Virus record (IMG/VR): IMGVR_UViG_3300014204_000141
Location: 1 to 64,000 of that record
Source of the DNA: a virus
Taxonomy: Duplodnaviria; Caudoviricetes
Length of the DNA stretch: 64,000 nt
Strand: one strand, 5' to 3'
The notes below the pieces were generated by a model, which was given only the letters and a program-made list of their open reading frames with translations, was not told where the DNA came from and ran no database searches. Positions 16,050 to 25,476 of this stretch are shown in pieces. How positions within the stretch are numbered: the stretch's first letter is position 1; each line of letters begins with the position of its first letter. Both the position numbers and the translations under genes were made by a program.

Positions 16050-17927
16050 GTGCGATTTTTTTCCGGAAAATTGTTTCAAAAAATGTTTGCCGCCGCTGGT
16101 TATAAACCAACCACCGACGAATTTCGTATTGCTGTAGATATTAACGATGTGCCGTCAAAACAAACAACATCAAAATCTAATATTGTTTTGAATGCTGTTA
16201 AAGTTTTGATTTTGAATTTTACAAAAAACATAACTAGAAACGCCACACTCGAATCAGTTCCTGATACGTTTAAAACTCTTCGGGTTGCGGTTAGAGTTGA
16301 GGGTTATTTAAAACGTGTTTATTCCAGATACGTTGAGATGATTTGGAAACATGATTATGATTTTGTTGGTGATAATCCTAAAGCTGTTACTTATATTAAA
16401 AGACGTTTTCGTGAAATATCTAAGGTTACCAATACACCAACATATTTCTTTTTTGACCAACTCACCGAATATTTAGTAACTTATCATAATGCTTTTATTG
16501 TTAAGGCCCGAGATAAAAAAACATCATCAGGATCACCTGTAAAATACTTTGGCATTTCCAGACAACCTATTGCTGGTTTATTTACATTAAATCCATGCGA
16601 TATGCAAGTTGAGACATTAATTGATAACGCAACAGGAACTAAATCTGTTGTGGGTTGGACTTATACTGATACGCAAGGTGATCACAAATTTAAACTTGAA
16701 GATGTTGAACATATAAAAATAAATCCTGATAGTGGTAATATATTTGCTACGCCTCCGGGTATTAGTGTTCTTGATGATGCTCGCGCCCTTAGACGAATGG
16801 AAGAGAATGCTGAGTTGTTAGTGTTTCAGCATTCAGTTCCGTTATTACATGAAATTATAGGTACCAGTGATTCGCCGGGCACAGATCCTGAAATTACTAC
16901 AGCTGTCAGTGAATTTGAAAATATGCGGGCTAACAGTTTAATTGTTACTACCGAAAGACACAAAATTGTTCCAGTTGAAATAGCTCGTAGTACCATAGAT
17001 ATAACTACATATCTTGAGTATTTTAAAAACAGAATGATTGTTACATTAGGACAATCTCTTTCCAATATTGGTGAGGGTGCTAATAATAGTCGTTCTACGG
17101 CCATGACTATGGCGAAATCAGTTTTAGATTCGGCTATACGGTATCAGAAATTTATACGTATTGCCATTACAGACTTTATAATAGACGAATTGTTATTTGA
17201 AGGCGGATTTGATATTTTAGATGAAAAAAACACCGTTAGGTTGTTTTTACCTGAGATAGATGTTGATGAGAAAATAAGAAAGGAATTTCATTCTCTTTCC
17301 CTTTATCAAGGTAACTTAATTACCGAATCTGAAGCTCGTGATACTATGGGTTTGGGACCACTTACTGATAGAAGTGAAACGTATTTTGAGTTGGTAATGA
17401 AACCTAAGATTTTATTGCAAAATGCTGTTAAACTTGGAACATCTAAAGCTACTACTAATAAAGAAGCACCAGCAAATCAATACGGGACAAAGACAGTAGG
17501 GGTTAAAGCCCGTGAAAGTGTTTTGTTTTATAAAAATTCTGCCGATGATTTAAAACGCACTATTACTGATCAGTTCTATACTTATGCTAATGAAGTTATA
17601 GATATGTTACACTACGGTGGTGACGTTGAACACGAAGCATCATGTAGAATATCCAAGGAAATAGTTTTGGAAAAGGCATCACAAGTAGCAATTTCCATTT
17701 ACAATGATATAAATTTTAATAATTACGATGATATTGAAGTTGCTGATTTAGAATTATCTGAGGTTCATCACAATATTTCAATTTATGTAAATAAATTTTT
17801 TGATGGGTTGTATAAACATGTTGAAGATGCCATTCAAAATAAAAATGATGTTTTAGCTGTTTTTGATGCGTTAAATTTTAAGATTGATATTTTGATAGAT
17901 AATATTATAAATGTTTCTGTTCAATAA
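16050..17927 (+). CDS. portal protein
   Basis: Position; Y.NAFI, L..LNP..M, F..EDV.HIK, G.ITESEAR..MGL.P portal-like patterns. Confidence 0.8.
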   Translation: MRFFSGKLFQKMFAAAGYKPTTDEFRIAVDINDVPSKQTTSKSNIVLNAVKVLILNFTKNITRNATLESVPDTFKTLRVAVRVEGYLKRVYSRYVEMIWKHDYDFVGDNPKAVTYIKRRFREISKVTNTPTYFFFDQLTEYLVTYHNAFIVKARDKKTSSGSPVKYFGISRQPIAGLFTLNPCDMQVETLIDNATGTKSVVGWTYTDTQGDHKFKLEDVEHIKINPDSGNIFATPPGISVLDDARALRRMEENAELLVFQHSVPLLHEIIGTSDSPGTDPEITTAVSEFENMRANSLIVTTERHKIVPVEIARSTIDITTYLEYFKNRMIVTLGQSLSNIGEGANNSRSTAMTMAKSVLDSAIRYQKFIRIAITDFIIDELLFEGGFDILDEKNTVRLFLPEIDVDEKIRKEFHSLSLYQGNLITESEARDTMGLGPLTDRSETYFELVMKPKILLQNAVKLGTSKATTNKEAPANQYGTKTVGVKARESVLFYKNSADDLKRTITDQFYTYANEVIDMLHYGGDVEHEASCRISKEIVLEKASQVAISIYNDINFNNYDDIEVADLELSEVHHNISIYVNKFFDGLYKHVEDAIQNKNDVLAVFDALNFKIDILIDNIINVSVQ

Positions 17928-17979
17928 AATTACGAATTTATAATGTTTGTGTACTACTATATAAATGGGAGAGGTGATT

Positions 17980-19944
17980 ATGTCTAAAGTATATGCCATT
18001 TCTAAAGACGGTTTACGAGATAACTACAATGTTAGTATAGATAATGTTGCGACTATTTTATCAACTAAACCAGCTGAATTAAAAGATAACACATCAAAAA
18101 ATGTTCTTATAGTCACCATAGATGCCACACACGGTGGATATAGAAATCAAAATAAAAGATTTTACACCAAAGAAGGAATGTTAAAATCATATAAAAGTTT
18201 TATCACACCTTTTGGTAAACCAGGAATTTATGAGCATGATAATAGCACCATCCCCGTGGGTCGTGCCATAGGTTCGGAATTTATTGACACTGCTGTAGAT
18301 GATGGATCAATAGATACACCAAAATGCAAAATCAGACTTAAAGCTAGTATTTCCGATCCCACTGCAATTGATGCGCTTTTAACACACAGACTTTTGACGG
18401 TTTCGGTAGGTAGTACACCTATTACACCGCCTTTATGTAATATATGTAACGCTGCTTATGCTAAGGATATGTTTGGTTATTATCCTTCTTGTGAACACGT
18501 TGTTGGACAAATATATGATGGTAAGGAATGTTTTACTTTAATAGGCGAAGTTGGTTATAACGAATTTTCATTTGCTAATGCACCAGCTGACCAATCAAAA
18601 ACACATTATGCGGGCGTCGTAGATATGGAATGGGGTGTTATGGATACGGTAAAGGATAGTTTAAATGGTGATGGAAAGCCTGCGACTACTATTAAAGACT
18701 CTGTTACGCAATCAGATGAATTTATTACTGTTGATGCTCTGACTGTTTTAGATGAATGCCAAGGTTGCGATGATGAAGATTCTGTAGAATTGGTTTGGAA
18801 TAGTGAAGACGCGGCAAAGGCAGAAGAATTAGATATTATGTTTGATCAGGTCCTGGGAATATTTTTGGCGGATAAGAAGCTTTCTTCTGAAGCTCGTGGC
18901 AAATTGAAGAAAAGTACATTTTGTGGTCCTAACAAAACATTTCCTATACTCGATTGTTCACATGCTGCTATAGCGAAGGCGATGTTAAATTGGCCTAAAG
19001 TTGTTGCTAAGTATTCATCTTCTGTTAGAGCCCGTATTTCTTCATGTGTTAATGGTAAAGCTAAATCCATGAGTTGTCCTATGTCTAAGAAAAAAACAAA
19101 AGATAGTGTTATTGTTTCAAGTTCTTTTACAGACAAGGATTTTCACGTATTACAGGAACTGTCAGCTCAATTCGTGTCTTTTCATAATATGGTTCATATG
19201 GTGGACATGACAGTTGATGTATTAAAAGATAATAAACATTTTATTATTAAGTCTAAATATTTTCCTATTATAGACGTTAATGATTATATTCTCTTACATG
19301 ATTTTCTTACGGCAAAGTATGAAATCATTAAAGATAAACTTCTTTTTAGAAAAATTGATGGTTATCTTTTGAGTAAGGGTTTAGATCTTGATGTTATGAT
19401 TGAAAAAGCCAATGAGGCGACAAATATTATTCAAAATACACCTGAGACTGATTCACAAATTAAGGTTTTAACAACAGAAGTTAATAGTCTTAAACAAACT
19501 ATATCTGATTCAATTACAACATTGAATTTAACTGAAGCCAGTATAATTAAAGAACAGTCTCAACACAGAAATACAATCGCAAAAATAGCTGTTATGTTAA
19601 AAATCAGAGACAAAGATGAAACGATTAAATCCTATTTAGATGCATCAGAGACCGATAAAGATAATATTTTTATAGGTTTGGTGGATGCTGTGTTGAAACA
19701 AACAACAACTTCTATAGAAGATGCTGTATTCAGCACCTTGAATAAAAAGGAAACCGGTATAGATTTGGTGAATGGTGGACATGTTGAACTCAAAGACGCA
19801 GGCAATACAACTCTGTCGGCGACTACTGATAACAGAGAACATGTTGAAGATAAACATAACTCCATAGATGTTAAAGATGTGAGCGTTAGTACTAAAGTTG
19901 GTAGTATATTTCAAAAATTAGTTGATAGAAAAGTTAGTAAATAA
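17980..19944 (+). CDS. prohead protease/scaffold fusion
   Basis: Lies between portal and MCP; ATHGG (His), NQNKRFY, TVSVG (Ser), EFSF.N.PAD; internal LS..AR.KL..STFCGP..TFP..D..H module; coiled C-terminus. Confidence 0.78.
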   Translation: MSKVYAISKDGLRDNYNVSIDNVATILSTKPAELKDNTSKNVLIVTIDATHGGYRNQNKRFYTKEGMLKSYKSFITPFGKPGIYEHDNSTIPVGRAIGSEFIDTAVDDGSIDTPKCKIRLKASISDPTAIDALLTHRLLTVSVGSTPITPPLCNICNAAYAKDMFGYYPSCEHVVGQIYDGKECFTLIGEVGYNEFSFANAPADQSKTHYAGVVDMEWGVMDTVKDSLNGDGKPATTIKDSVTQSDEFITVDALTVLDECQGCDDEDSVELVWNSEDAAKAEELDIMFDQVLGIFLADKKLSSEARGKLKKSTFCGPNKTFPILDCSHAAIAKAMLNWPKVVAKYSSSVRARISSCVNGKAKSMSCPMSKKKTKDSVIVSSSFTDKDFHVLQELSAQFVSFHNMVHMVDMTVDVLKDNKHFIIKSKYFPIIDVNDYILLHDFLTAKYEIIKDKLLFRKIDGYLLSKGLDLDVMIEKANEATNIIQNTPETDSQIKVLTTEVNSLKQTISDSITTLNLTEASIIKEQSQHRNTIAKIAVMLKIRDKDETIKSYLDASETDKDNIFIGLVDAVLKQTTTSIEDAVFSTLNKKETGIDLVNGGHVELKDAGNTTLSATTDNREHVEDKHNSIDVKDVSVSTKVGSIFQKLVDRKVSK

Positions 19945-19961
19945 AACAGGAGGGAACGTAT

Positions 19962-21023
19962 ATGGTTGATTCCATTAATTTAAATGATAGAAGTAGGAAG
20001 GTTCCTCAGAGATCGTTAATTGAACTTTCAAAAAGTTTAATTATGTTACAGATTGAGGCCCAAGACTCAGAATTTGAAGGTTCGTCAGCATATCCTCACA
20101 AGTATTTGCCGGTAATGAAGATAATTGAGGAAAAAACTCGTGGAACATATGAAGGTATAGTTATACCAAAAGGAACTATAGTTTCGTATTTGACATTTAA
20201 TGCTGCTACGGGTATGATGCCGAATGATAGTGGTACAATTCCTGTATTTATAGATCAGAGCACAGGAAGTTTAGTAGATTTACCTATAGATGATAATTTT
20301 TATGGGTATCAGGAAAGTATTACAGCGTTACTTGTTCCAGCCAATGGTGGTGAGGCATCAACACATGTATATTCTACACTTGATGATGATATTGCCAATG
20401 GATGGTTAACGTCGTCTTCTGATAATTTGGTGTTGAGCGCAAATATACCTGCGGGCATGATGTTGTATAATGTCTATCAAGATATTCGTGGTGCGTATTT
20501 AAATCACGATGTTGAGAATTCGGTTTATACATGTATGCGGTATGGTAAGGTCAATATTCCTTGCGTTAACACATCGTTATATACTGAAGATGGTGGATTT
20601 GGAACAGATGCTGATGTTTCAGCACTTACGGCGTCACCTTATGCTTCATTGCGTAAAACATGGCAGTTCTTAAGATTTGCTGGTAGTTCTGGAGAGGGTC
20701 TTAGTGGAGTGAATTTAACTTCAGATTTATATGGTAAATTAAAAGTCCAGTCAACAAGTATTATCGCTTCTAAGACAGTGCAGACTGTGGGTAAATTGTT
20801 ATCATTAGATTTTCGTTTTCCTAAATATAATGCTGACGCTACTCAGACTTATCCTGGCACTCTACTTCAGGGTGTTAACACTAAAGGTCTTCCTAGTGAA
20901 TTGTATATGTTTGTACACGATACAATGGTGGCTAATGGTCATGCGGCACCGGCTACGGATGATATTTTGGCTGCGGTTAGGGCTGGCAAATTTGGTTATG
21001 CCAGAGTTTTAATTGATTGCTAA
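19962..21023 (+). CDS. head decoration/minor capsid protein
   Basis: Directly upstream of MCP; VIPKGTIV motif; strong GGAGG RBS. Confidence 0.55.
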   Translation: MVDSINLNDRSRKVPQRSLIELSKSLIMLQIEAQDSEFEGSSAYPHKYLPVMKIIEEKTRGTYEGIVIPKGTIVSYLTFNAATGMMPNDSGTIPVFIDQSTGSLVDLPIDDNFYGYQESITALLVPANGGEASTHVYSTLDDDIANGWLTSSSDNLVLSANIPAGMMLYNVYQDIRGAYLNHDVENSVYTCMRYGKVNIPCVNTSLYTEDGGFGTDADVSALTASPYASLRKTWQFLRFAGSSGEGLSGVNLTSDLYGKLKVQSTSIIASKTVQTVGKLLSLDFRFPKYNADATQTYPGTLLQGVNTKGLPSELYMFVHDTMVANGHAAPATDDILAAVRAGKFGYARVLIDC

Positions 21024-21051
21024 TAGTAAAATATAACAAGGAGGGTTTAAT

Positions 21052-22332
21052 ATGTCGGATATTAAGTTAACATATAGAGATAGTAAAAACGAAGTTAAGT
21101 CGGTCATGGTGAAAGATAGTGATATATTTAATCAAATATATTACAGTTTTAGTCATGGTGGCAGGGCTAATGATACTACTGATAATGATTCAATATTACA
21201 GCTTAGAGACATGATCACCGCCGAAGATCTGGCACCGTTTGTTACTAAGGTTGTTAAGAAAATTATAGTAAATTCTATAGAGCCACAGCTTTTGATAATT
21301 CCTAATTTGTTCACGAGGATAGATGCCCCTACGGGACAAAATATTGAAATCAGTGCGCTTGGTGCTATTACTGCTGGTTTAGTTGCACCTAATGGTGATT
21401 ATCCTACTACACAGTTTGCAATGGATACCGTTGGTGGAACGACTGCTATTCACGTATCAAAATACGGATGTCAGTTAAATATAGCACAGGATGCGGTTCA
21501 GGAAAGTCAGTTTGATGTCATAACACTTTGGTTGCAGGCAGCAGGAAGTGCGCTGGCCAGGCTCAAAGAAAGTCTTGGTATTAGATTGATAAATGAAATG
21601 GGTACTACAGTTTTTGACAACGCCGAAGACGGTGATGTTACTCCGTTAGGCTTAACAACTGGTAGAGGTATTGACGGCGCGGCCAATGCGACAATGACTA
21701 TGAATGATATATTCGATATGTGGATATATTTAGCAGTTCGTGGTTTTGTGCCTGACACACTGGTAATGAATCCGTTGGCTTGGAGAATGTTTGCAGGTGA
21801 TGCTGAGTTACGAGAAATAGTACTGAAAGGCGCTGTTCTTTCTACGCGGAGAATGCCTTTGGGTTCACCAGCGATAGGATTTGCTGATCCGTTTGGTGGT
21901 TATGGCTTGAAGATGACTGGTACAGGTGATGAGACTGGTAGTAGTGCCTGGACTCAGAATTTAACCGCAGTTGGTGCGTCTTGGAATGTTCCGCCATCTG
22001 TGAATCTTCCTAGTCCTCTGAAGGTTATTGTTTCTCATCTTGTGCCTTTTACTGAACGCGCAAGTGGTTTGAAACCTTTAACCAATATCATCATGGCAGA
22101 TAGTCAGAGTTGCGGTATTCTTGTAGAGAAAACCAAACCTACTACTGAAGAAGCTGATGTGTTCCAGAATTCTTCTCATATTGTTCGCGTGTATGAAAAA
22201 TATGGTATGGATGTATGGAATCAGGGCAAGGGTATAACAATAGCTAAAAACATAGTAGTTGATAAGAATTACGTGTTTGATAATACCAATGCTCGTGCGC
22301 TTGCGGCACTTGGTAATTCCGCTCTTATATAA
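21052..22332 (+). CDS. major capsid protein (HK97 fold)
   Basis: 426 aa; KYG.Q..I..DA..ESQFDV, ALARLKE, PDTLVMNPL.W; strong RBS; followed by a terminator-like hairpin. Confidence 0.88.
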   Translation: MSDIKLTYRDSKNEVKSVMVKDSDIFNQIYYSFSHGGRANDTTDNDSILQLRDMITAEDLAPFVTKVVKKIIVNSIEPQLLIIPNLFTRIDAPTGQNIEISALGAITAGLVAPNGDYPTTQFAMDTVGGTTAIHVSKYGCQLNIAQDAVQESQFDVITLWLQAAGSALARLKESLGIRLINEMGTTVFDNAEDGDVTPLGLTTGRGIDGAANATMTMNDIFDMWIYLAVRGFVPDTLVMNPLAWRMFAGDAELREIVLKGAVLSTRRMPLGSPAIGFADPFGGYGLKMTGTGDETGSSAWTQNLTAVGASWNVPPSVNLPSPLKVIVSHLVPFTERASGLKPLTNIIMADSQSCGILVEKTKPTTEEADVFQNSSHIVRVYEKYGMDVWNQGKGITIAKNIVVDKNYVFDNTNARALAALGNSALI

Positions 22333-22357
22333 ATAAGAGTAGAGATGTTTAAATCGG

Positions 22358-22407
22358 GGGCGTGATAGGATACGATAATTTCGTTATCAACTCCTGTCAC
22401 GCTTTTT
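22358..22407 (+). terminator. intrinsic terminator-like hairpin after MCP
   Basis: GCGTGATAGGA...TCCTGTCACGC stem with inner GATAA/TTATC, followed by TTTTT. Confidence 0.65.
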
Positions 22408-22423
22408 CCCTAATGGAGGGATA

Positions 22424-22969
22424 ATGGCACAACAAGAAGAAAAATCTTTAGTTGGATTTAAAGTTGCTTTGGATCCTAAACGTGGTGGAATGTGGTTTGA
22501 TAGTGTTAGCAAGGTTAAACTATCACATTTTGAAAAGGGTGTTTCATCGGTAGTTATATCAGAAGATACGGATGTTTCCGGTATTGTTCGTGGCATTAAA
22601 TCTGGTAATCTCAGAGTTTATGATAAGTCCGGTAAAGATGTATCTATTAATTTTGGTGGCGTGGATCCAGAACAGATAAAGAAAAAACTTGTTACACTTG
22701 CTAATGAACCCGTAAATGAGAAGGACAAACACTTGCGTGTATTATTAAATAGAGTAGCAACTGCCAAGATTATTGCTGATATTAATGGTATAACCGATGT
22801 CAAAATTTTATCCCGGCTCTTACATCTTGAGGAAAGCGGTTATAATCCTACAGCAAATCCAAGACTTGACGTGCTTGAGACTATTGAACAGAGATTAAAT
22901 GATTTAAATGTTCCAATAGTGGTAGCTAAAAAACAAGACAGTCCCGATGAAGTAATTACATTAAAATAG
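22424..22969 (+). CDS. hypothetical protein downstream of MCP
   Basis: 181-aa ORF with GGAGG RBS. Confidence 0.75.
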   Translation: MAQQEEKSLVGFKVALDPKRGGMWFDSVSKVKLSHFEKGVSSVVISEDTDVSGIVRGIKSGNLRVYDKSGKDVSINFGGVDPEQIKKKLVTLANEPVNEKDKHLRVLLNRVATAKIIADINGITDVKILSRLLHLEESGYNPTANPRLDVLETIEQRLNDLNVPIVVAKKQDSPDEVITLK

Positions 22970-22984
22970 AGGTGTTAGTACGCA

Positions 22985-24295
22985 ATGGTTAATATTCTGT
23001 CGCAATCACCATTACCGAATAGTATAGGTGTATTTAGGAATATTTTTATTCAACTTCAGGTTGATACATCCTTAAATAGAAATACAGTTAATACTAACAC
23101 CGTAATTTTAATTAATAAGGTAACAGAGGAAATAATTCCCGGTGTTGTGGATTACATACCCGGAACTAAAACCTTGACATTTCAGCTCTTTGACATTCTT
23201 GAAAGTAATACTACATACGCATTAATTGTAGCAGGTGGCGATAGTGGCATTTTCAAGGTTGCACCGGCTCTGCCTTGGCGCGACGATTCATATATTTTTG
23301 AATTTACAACGGGTATATCTACAGATCCAAGTTCACCGTTAGCTCCTACGACAACTTATCCTACAGCTCCATATTTTACTGGAAATGAAGGGGTTTATAC
23401 TGAAGTTCAGGGTCGTACTGGTGAACCTGTTTCACATATTGTTACAACAGCGGCTCAAGTTAATCCCAGTGGAGTCATTGTTCCGATTGTTCCTAGTGGA
23501 AGTGTTTATTTAACAGAAGACGAAGAAGATGATATAGTTTTGGTTTCAACTAATCCTTCTAATGGTGCTGTTAATATTGATCAGTTAAACATATCGTTAA
23601 CATTTTCAAAAAATGTTGAAAGCGTTGATATAAGTTCTAAGTTTGTTATTACTGTAAGTAACATTCTTGGATATGATCCGGATGTGGCGTTTACATATGT
23701 TGTTGTTGATGATGTTGTTAATATAACAGTTACAGCCGCAACACCAACAAAACTTCCTTATGCTACTAATTTTATTGTTACTTACACTGATGTGTCTGAC
23801 GACACCGATACTTCCATGGTTTCTGGAACTTTTTCATTTTCAACAAAGATCAAACCATTTTATTCTACAATTTTACTGATAAGAAATTTGCGTAGTATTA
23901 TTGCTAATGTTAGTGATAGCGACATTGAAAAACTTATTTATGAAAATTCTTTGTTTGTATTTGAAAATGCTTCGCCTGTGTTTGATGTCGACACACCAAC
24001 CCAAGCGGCAAAAAATTATGTTGCGTGTAAAACCAAACTTGATCTTATACAGAGTATTTATATAGATGGCGGACCCATAGCATCGAAAAAACTTGCTGAT
24101 TTTTCTGTTGCAAAAGATTTAACAGCTCTGCCAAAAATAGCTAGTGGTTTGGTATCATCTTTGGTGGCGTGTGTTAATCAAAATTTAAATACAGTAACAA
24201 ATGCTACAAATACAGGTATAGCCACTGTGGTCATGGCTGTTAATGATTCTAGATATCCAGCATCAGTTCGTCTAGTATCACAGGATTTTGAATAA
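22985..24295 (+). CDS. Ig-like (Big_5/SbsA-type) domains plus putative head-tail adaptor
   Basis: Two S.P...A/S.GV/NV...I.L.F Ig-like repeats and a helical C-terminal domain; neck position. Confidence 0.65.
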   Translation: MVNILSQSPLPNSIGVFRNIFIQLQVDTSLNRNTVNTNTVILINKVTEEIIPGVVDYIPGTKTLTFQLFDILESNTTYALIVAGGDSGIFKVAPALPWRDDSYIFEFTTGISTDPSSPLAPTTTYPTAPYFTGNEGVYTEVQGRTGEPVSHIVTTAAQVNPSGVIVPIVPSGSVYLTEDEEDDIVLVSTNPSNGAVNIDQLNISLTFSKNVESVDISSKFVITVSNILGYDPDVAFTYVVVDDVVNITVTAATPTKLPYATNFIVTYTDVSDDTDTSMVSGTFSFSTKIKPFYSTILLIRNLRSIIANVSDSDIEKLIYENSLFVFENASPVFDVDTPTQAAKNYVACKTKLDLIQSIYIDGGPIASKKLADFSVAKDLTALPKIASGLVSSLVACVNQNLNTVTNATNTGIATVVMAVNDSRYPASVRLVSQDFE

Positions 24296-24786
24296 TGATA
24301 GATTTACGCACCGAGTTTAAAAATTGGATAGAAACAGAGTGTGGTGGTGTGGGTATGTGGGTTGTACTCAGATCTTTTGATATAACTAAACATTCTCAGT
24401 TTTGGATTCCTTCTACACACGAGGCAGTTGGTGGGCCCGCGTATGAATATACTGACACTTTAGCTGAGGTTTATATGATTGCAGCCGGACGTGTTTTATC
24501 AAATCAAGATACTACAGTTTCAGAAAAAGTTGGTGCTTTTCTTGATAAACGTAGTGTATTTTATTTTAAAGATAATTATGTTATGAAAGAATATGATGAA
24601 ATTTATACACTGGATTATTATAAACACACGCAACCTCTTGTAGTTTATAATAAATCGGAAGAGAATGTAGCAACCAACAAAATCAATATTAAAAAAAAAT
24701 ATAGGATATCCAAAGTTGAAAATCATAGAGGCGATGAAGGTAGAGTGGAATTTATATCAGCAACAGCAGAGGAAATAGTAATGTAA
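24295..24786 (+). CDS. putative head closure/neck protein
   Basis: Position, size and beta-rich pattern. Confidence 0.5.
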   Translation: MIDLRTEFKNWIETECGGVGMWVVLRSFDITKHSQFWIPSTHEAVGGPAYEYTDTLAEVYMIAAGRVLSNQDTTVSEKVGAFLDKRSVFYFKDNYVMKEYDEIYTLDYYKHTQPLVVYNKSEENVATNKINIKKKYRISKVENHRGDEGRVEFISATAEEIVM

Positions 24787-25463
24787 TGACAAATATAATT
24801 TTAACTCCAGCTGAGTATAGATTGCGTCAAAGTGAAGTTCAGGGTCGGACCTTGCCAAAAAAAGCAAGTGGAAATTTGACACTTCCTCAGTTCTTTGATT
24901 TGATGTATTATACATTACAAATTGTTTATCCCGAATTGATTTATACACCGGCTTGGCCTGATTATTTATATGAACAGAGTATGGAAAAGTCTACACAAGC
25001 GCAACCCGCGCAAACATTTATTAATACAATTACATATTTAGTGTCTAGAGAGGAACCAGGGTGTCCTGGTGGCGAACCCTTCAGTGGAAGGACTCAGGAA
25101 AGAACGCCGAGATTACGTGAAATGGTTAATATGCCAGGCGATGTCAAATCAAAAATGATATATGGACAGTGGTTTGATAGTCTGGTTCAGTTCGATTTAT
25201 GGGCAAAAACTAGTTTTGAAGTGGAAAACATGACATTGCAGTTTAAACGCTTTATGACACAATATAGAGACTTCTTCAAAAAATGGGGTATTGGAGAACT
25301 ACTATATTGGTGGAGAGGTCGTGATGACACAGCGGCCAGTATCAATCCAAGACTGCAATTGCGAACGCTAGTTTATTTTGTTAGAACTGAAGAATTATCG
25401 TTTGATGAGGGATATAATTTAAAGAATTTAGATGTTCAAATACAGAGTTTAATAAGGTCTTAA
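24786..25463 (+). CDS. putative tail terminator/completion protein
   Basis: Directly upstream of the sheath; VQFDLWAKT pattern. Confidence 0.5.
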   Translation: MTNIILTPAEYRLRQSEVQGRTLPKKASGNLTLPQFFDLMYYTLQIVYPELIYTPAWPDYLYEQSMEKSTQAQPAQTFINTITYLVSREEPGCPGGEPFSGRTQERTPRLREMVNMPGDVKSKMIYGQWFDSLVQFDLWAKTSFEVENMTLQFKRFMTQYRDFFKKWGIGELLYWWRGRDDTAASINPRLQLRTLVYFVRTEELSFDEGYNLKNLDVQIQSLIRS

Positions 25464-25476
25464 AAGGGGGAATAAT

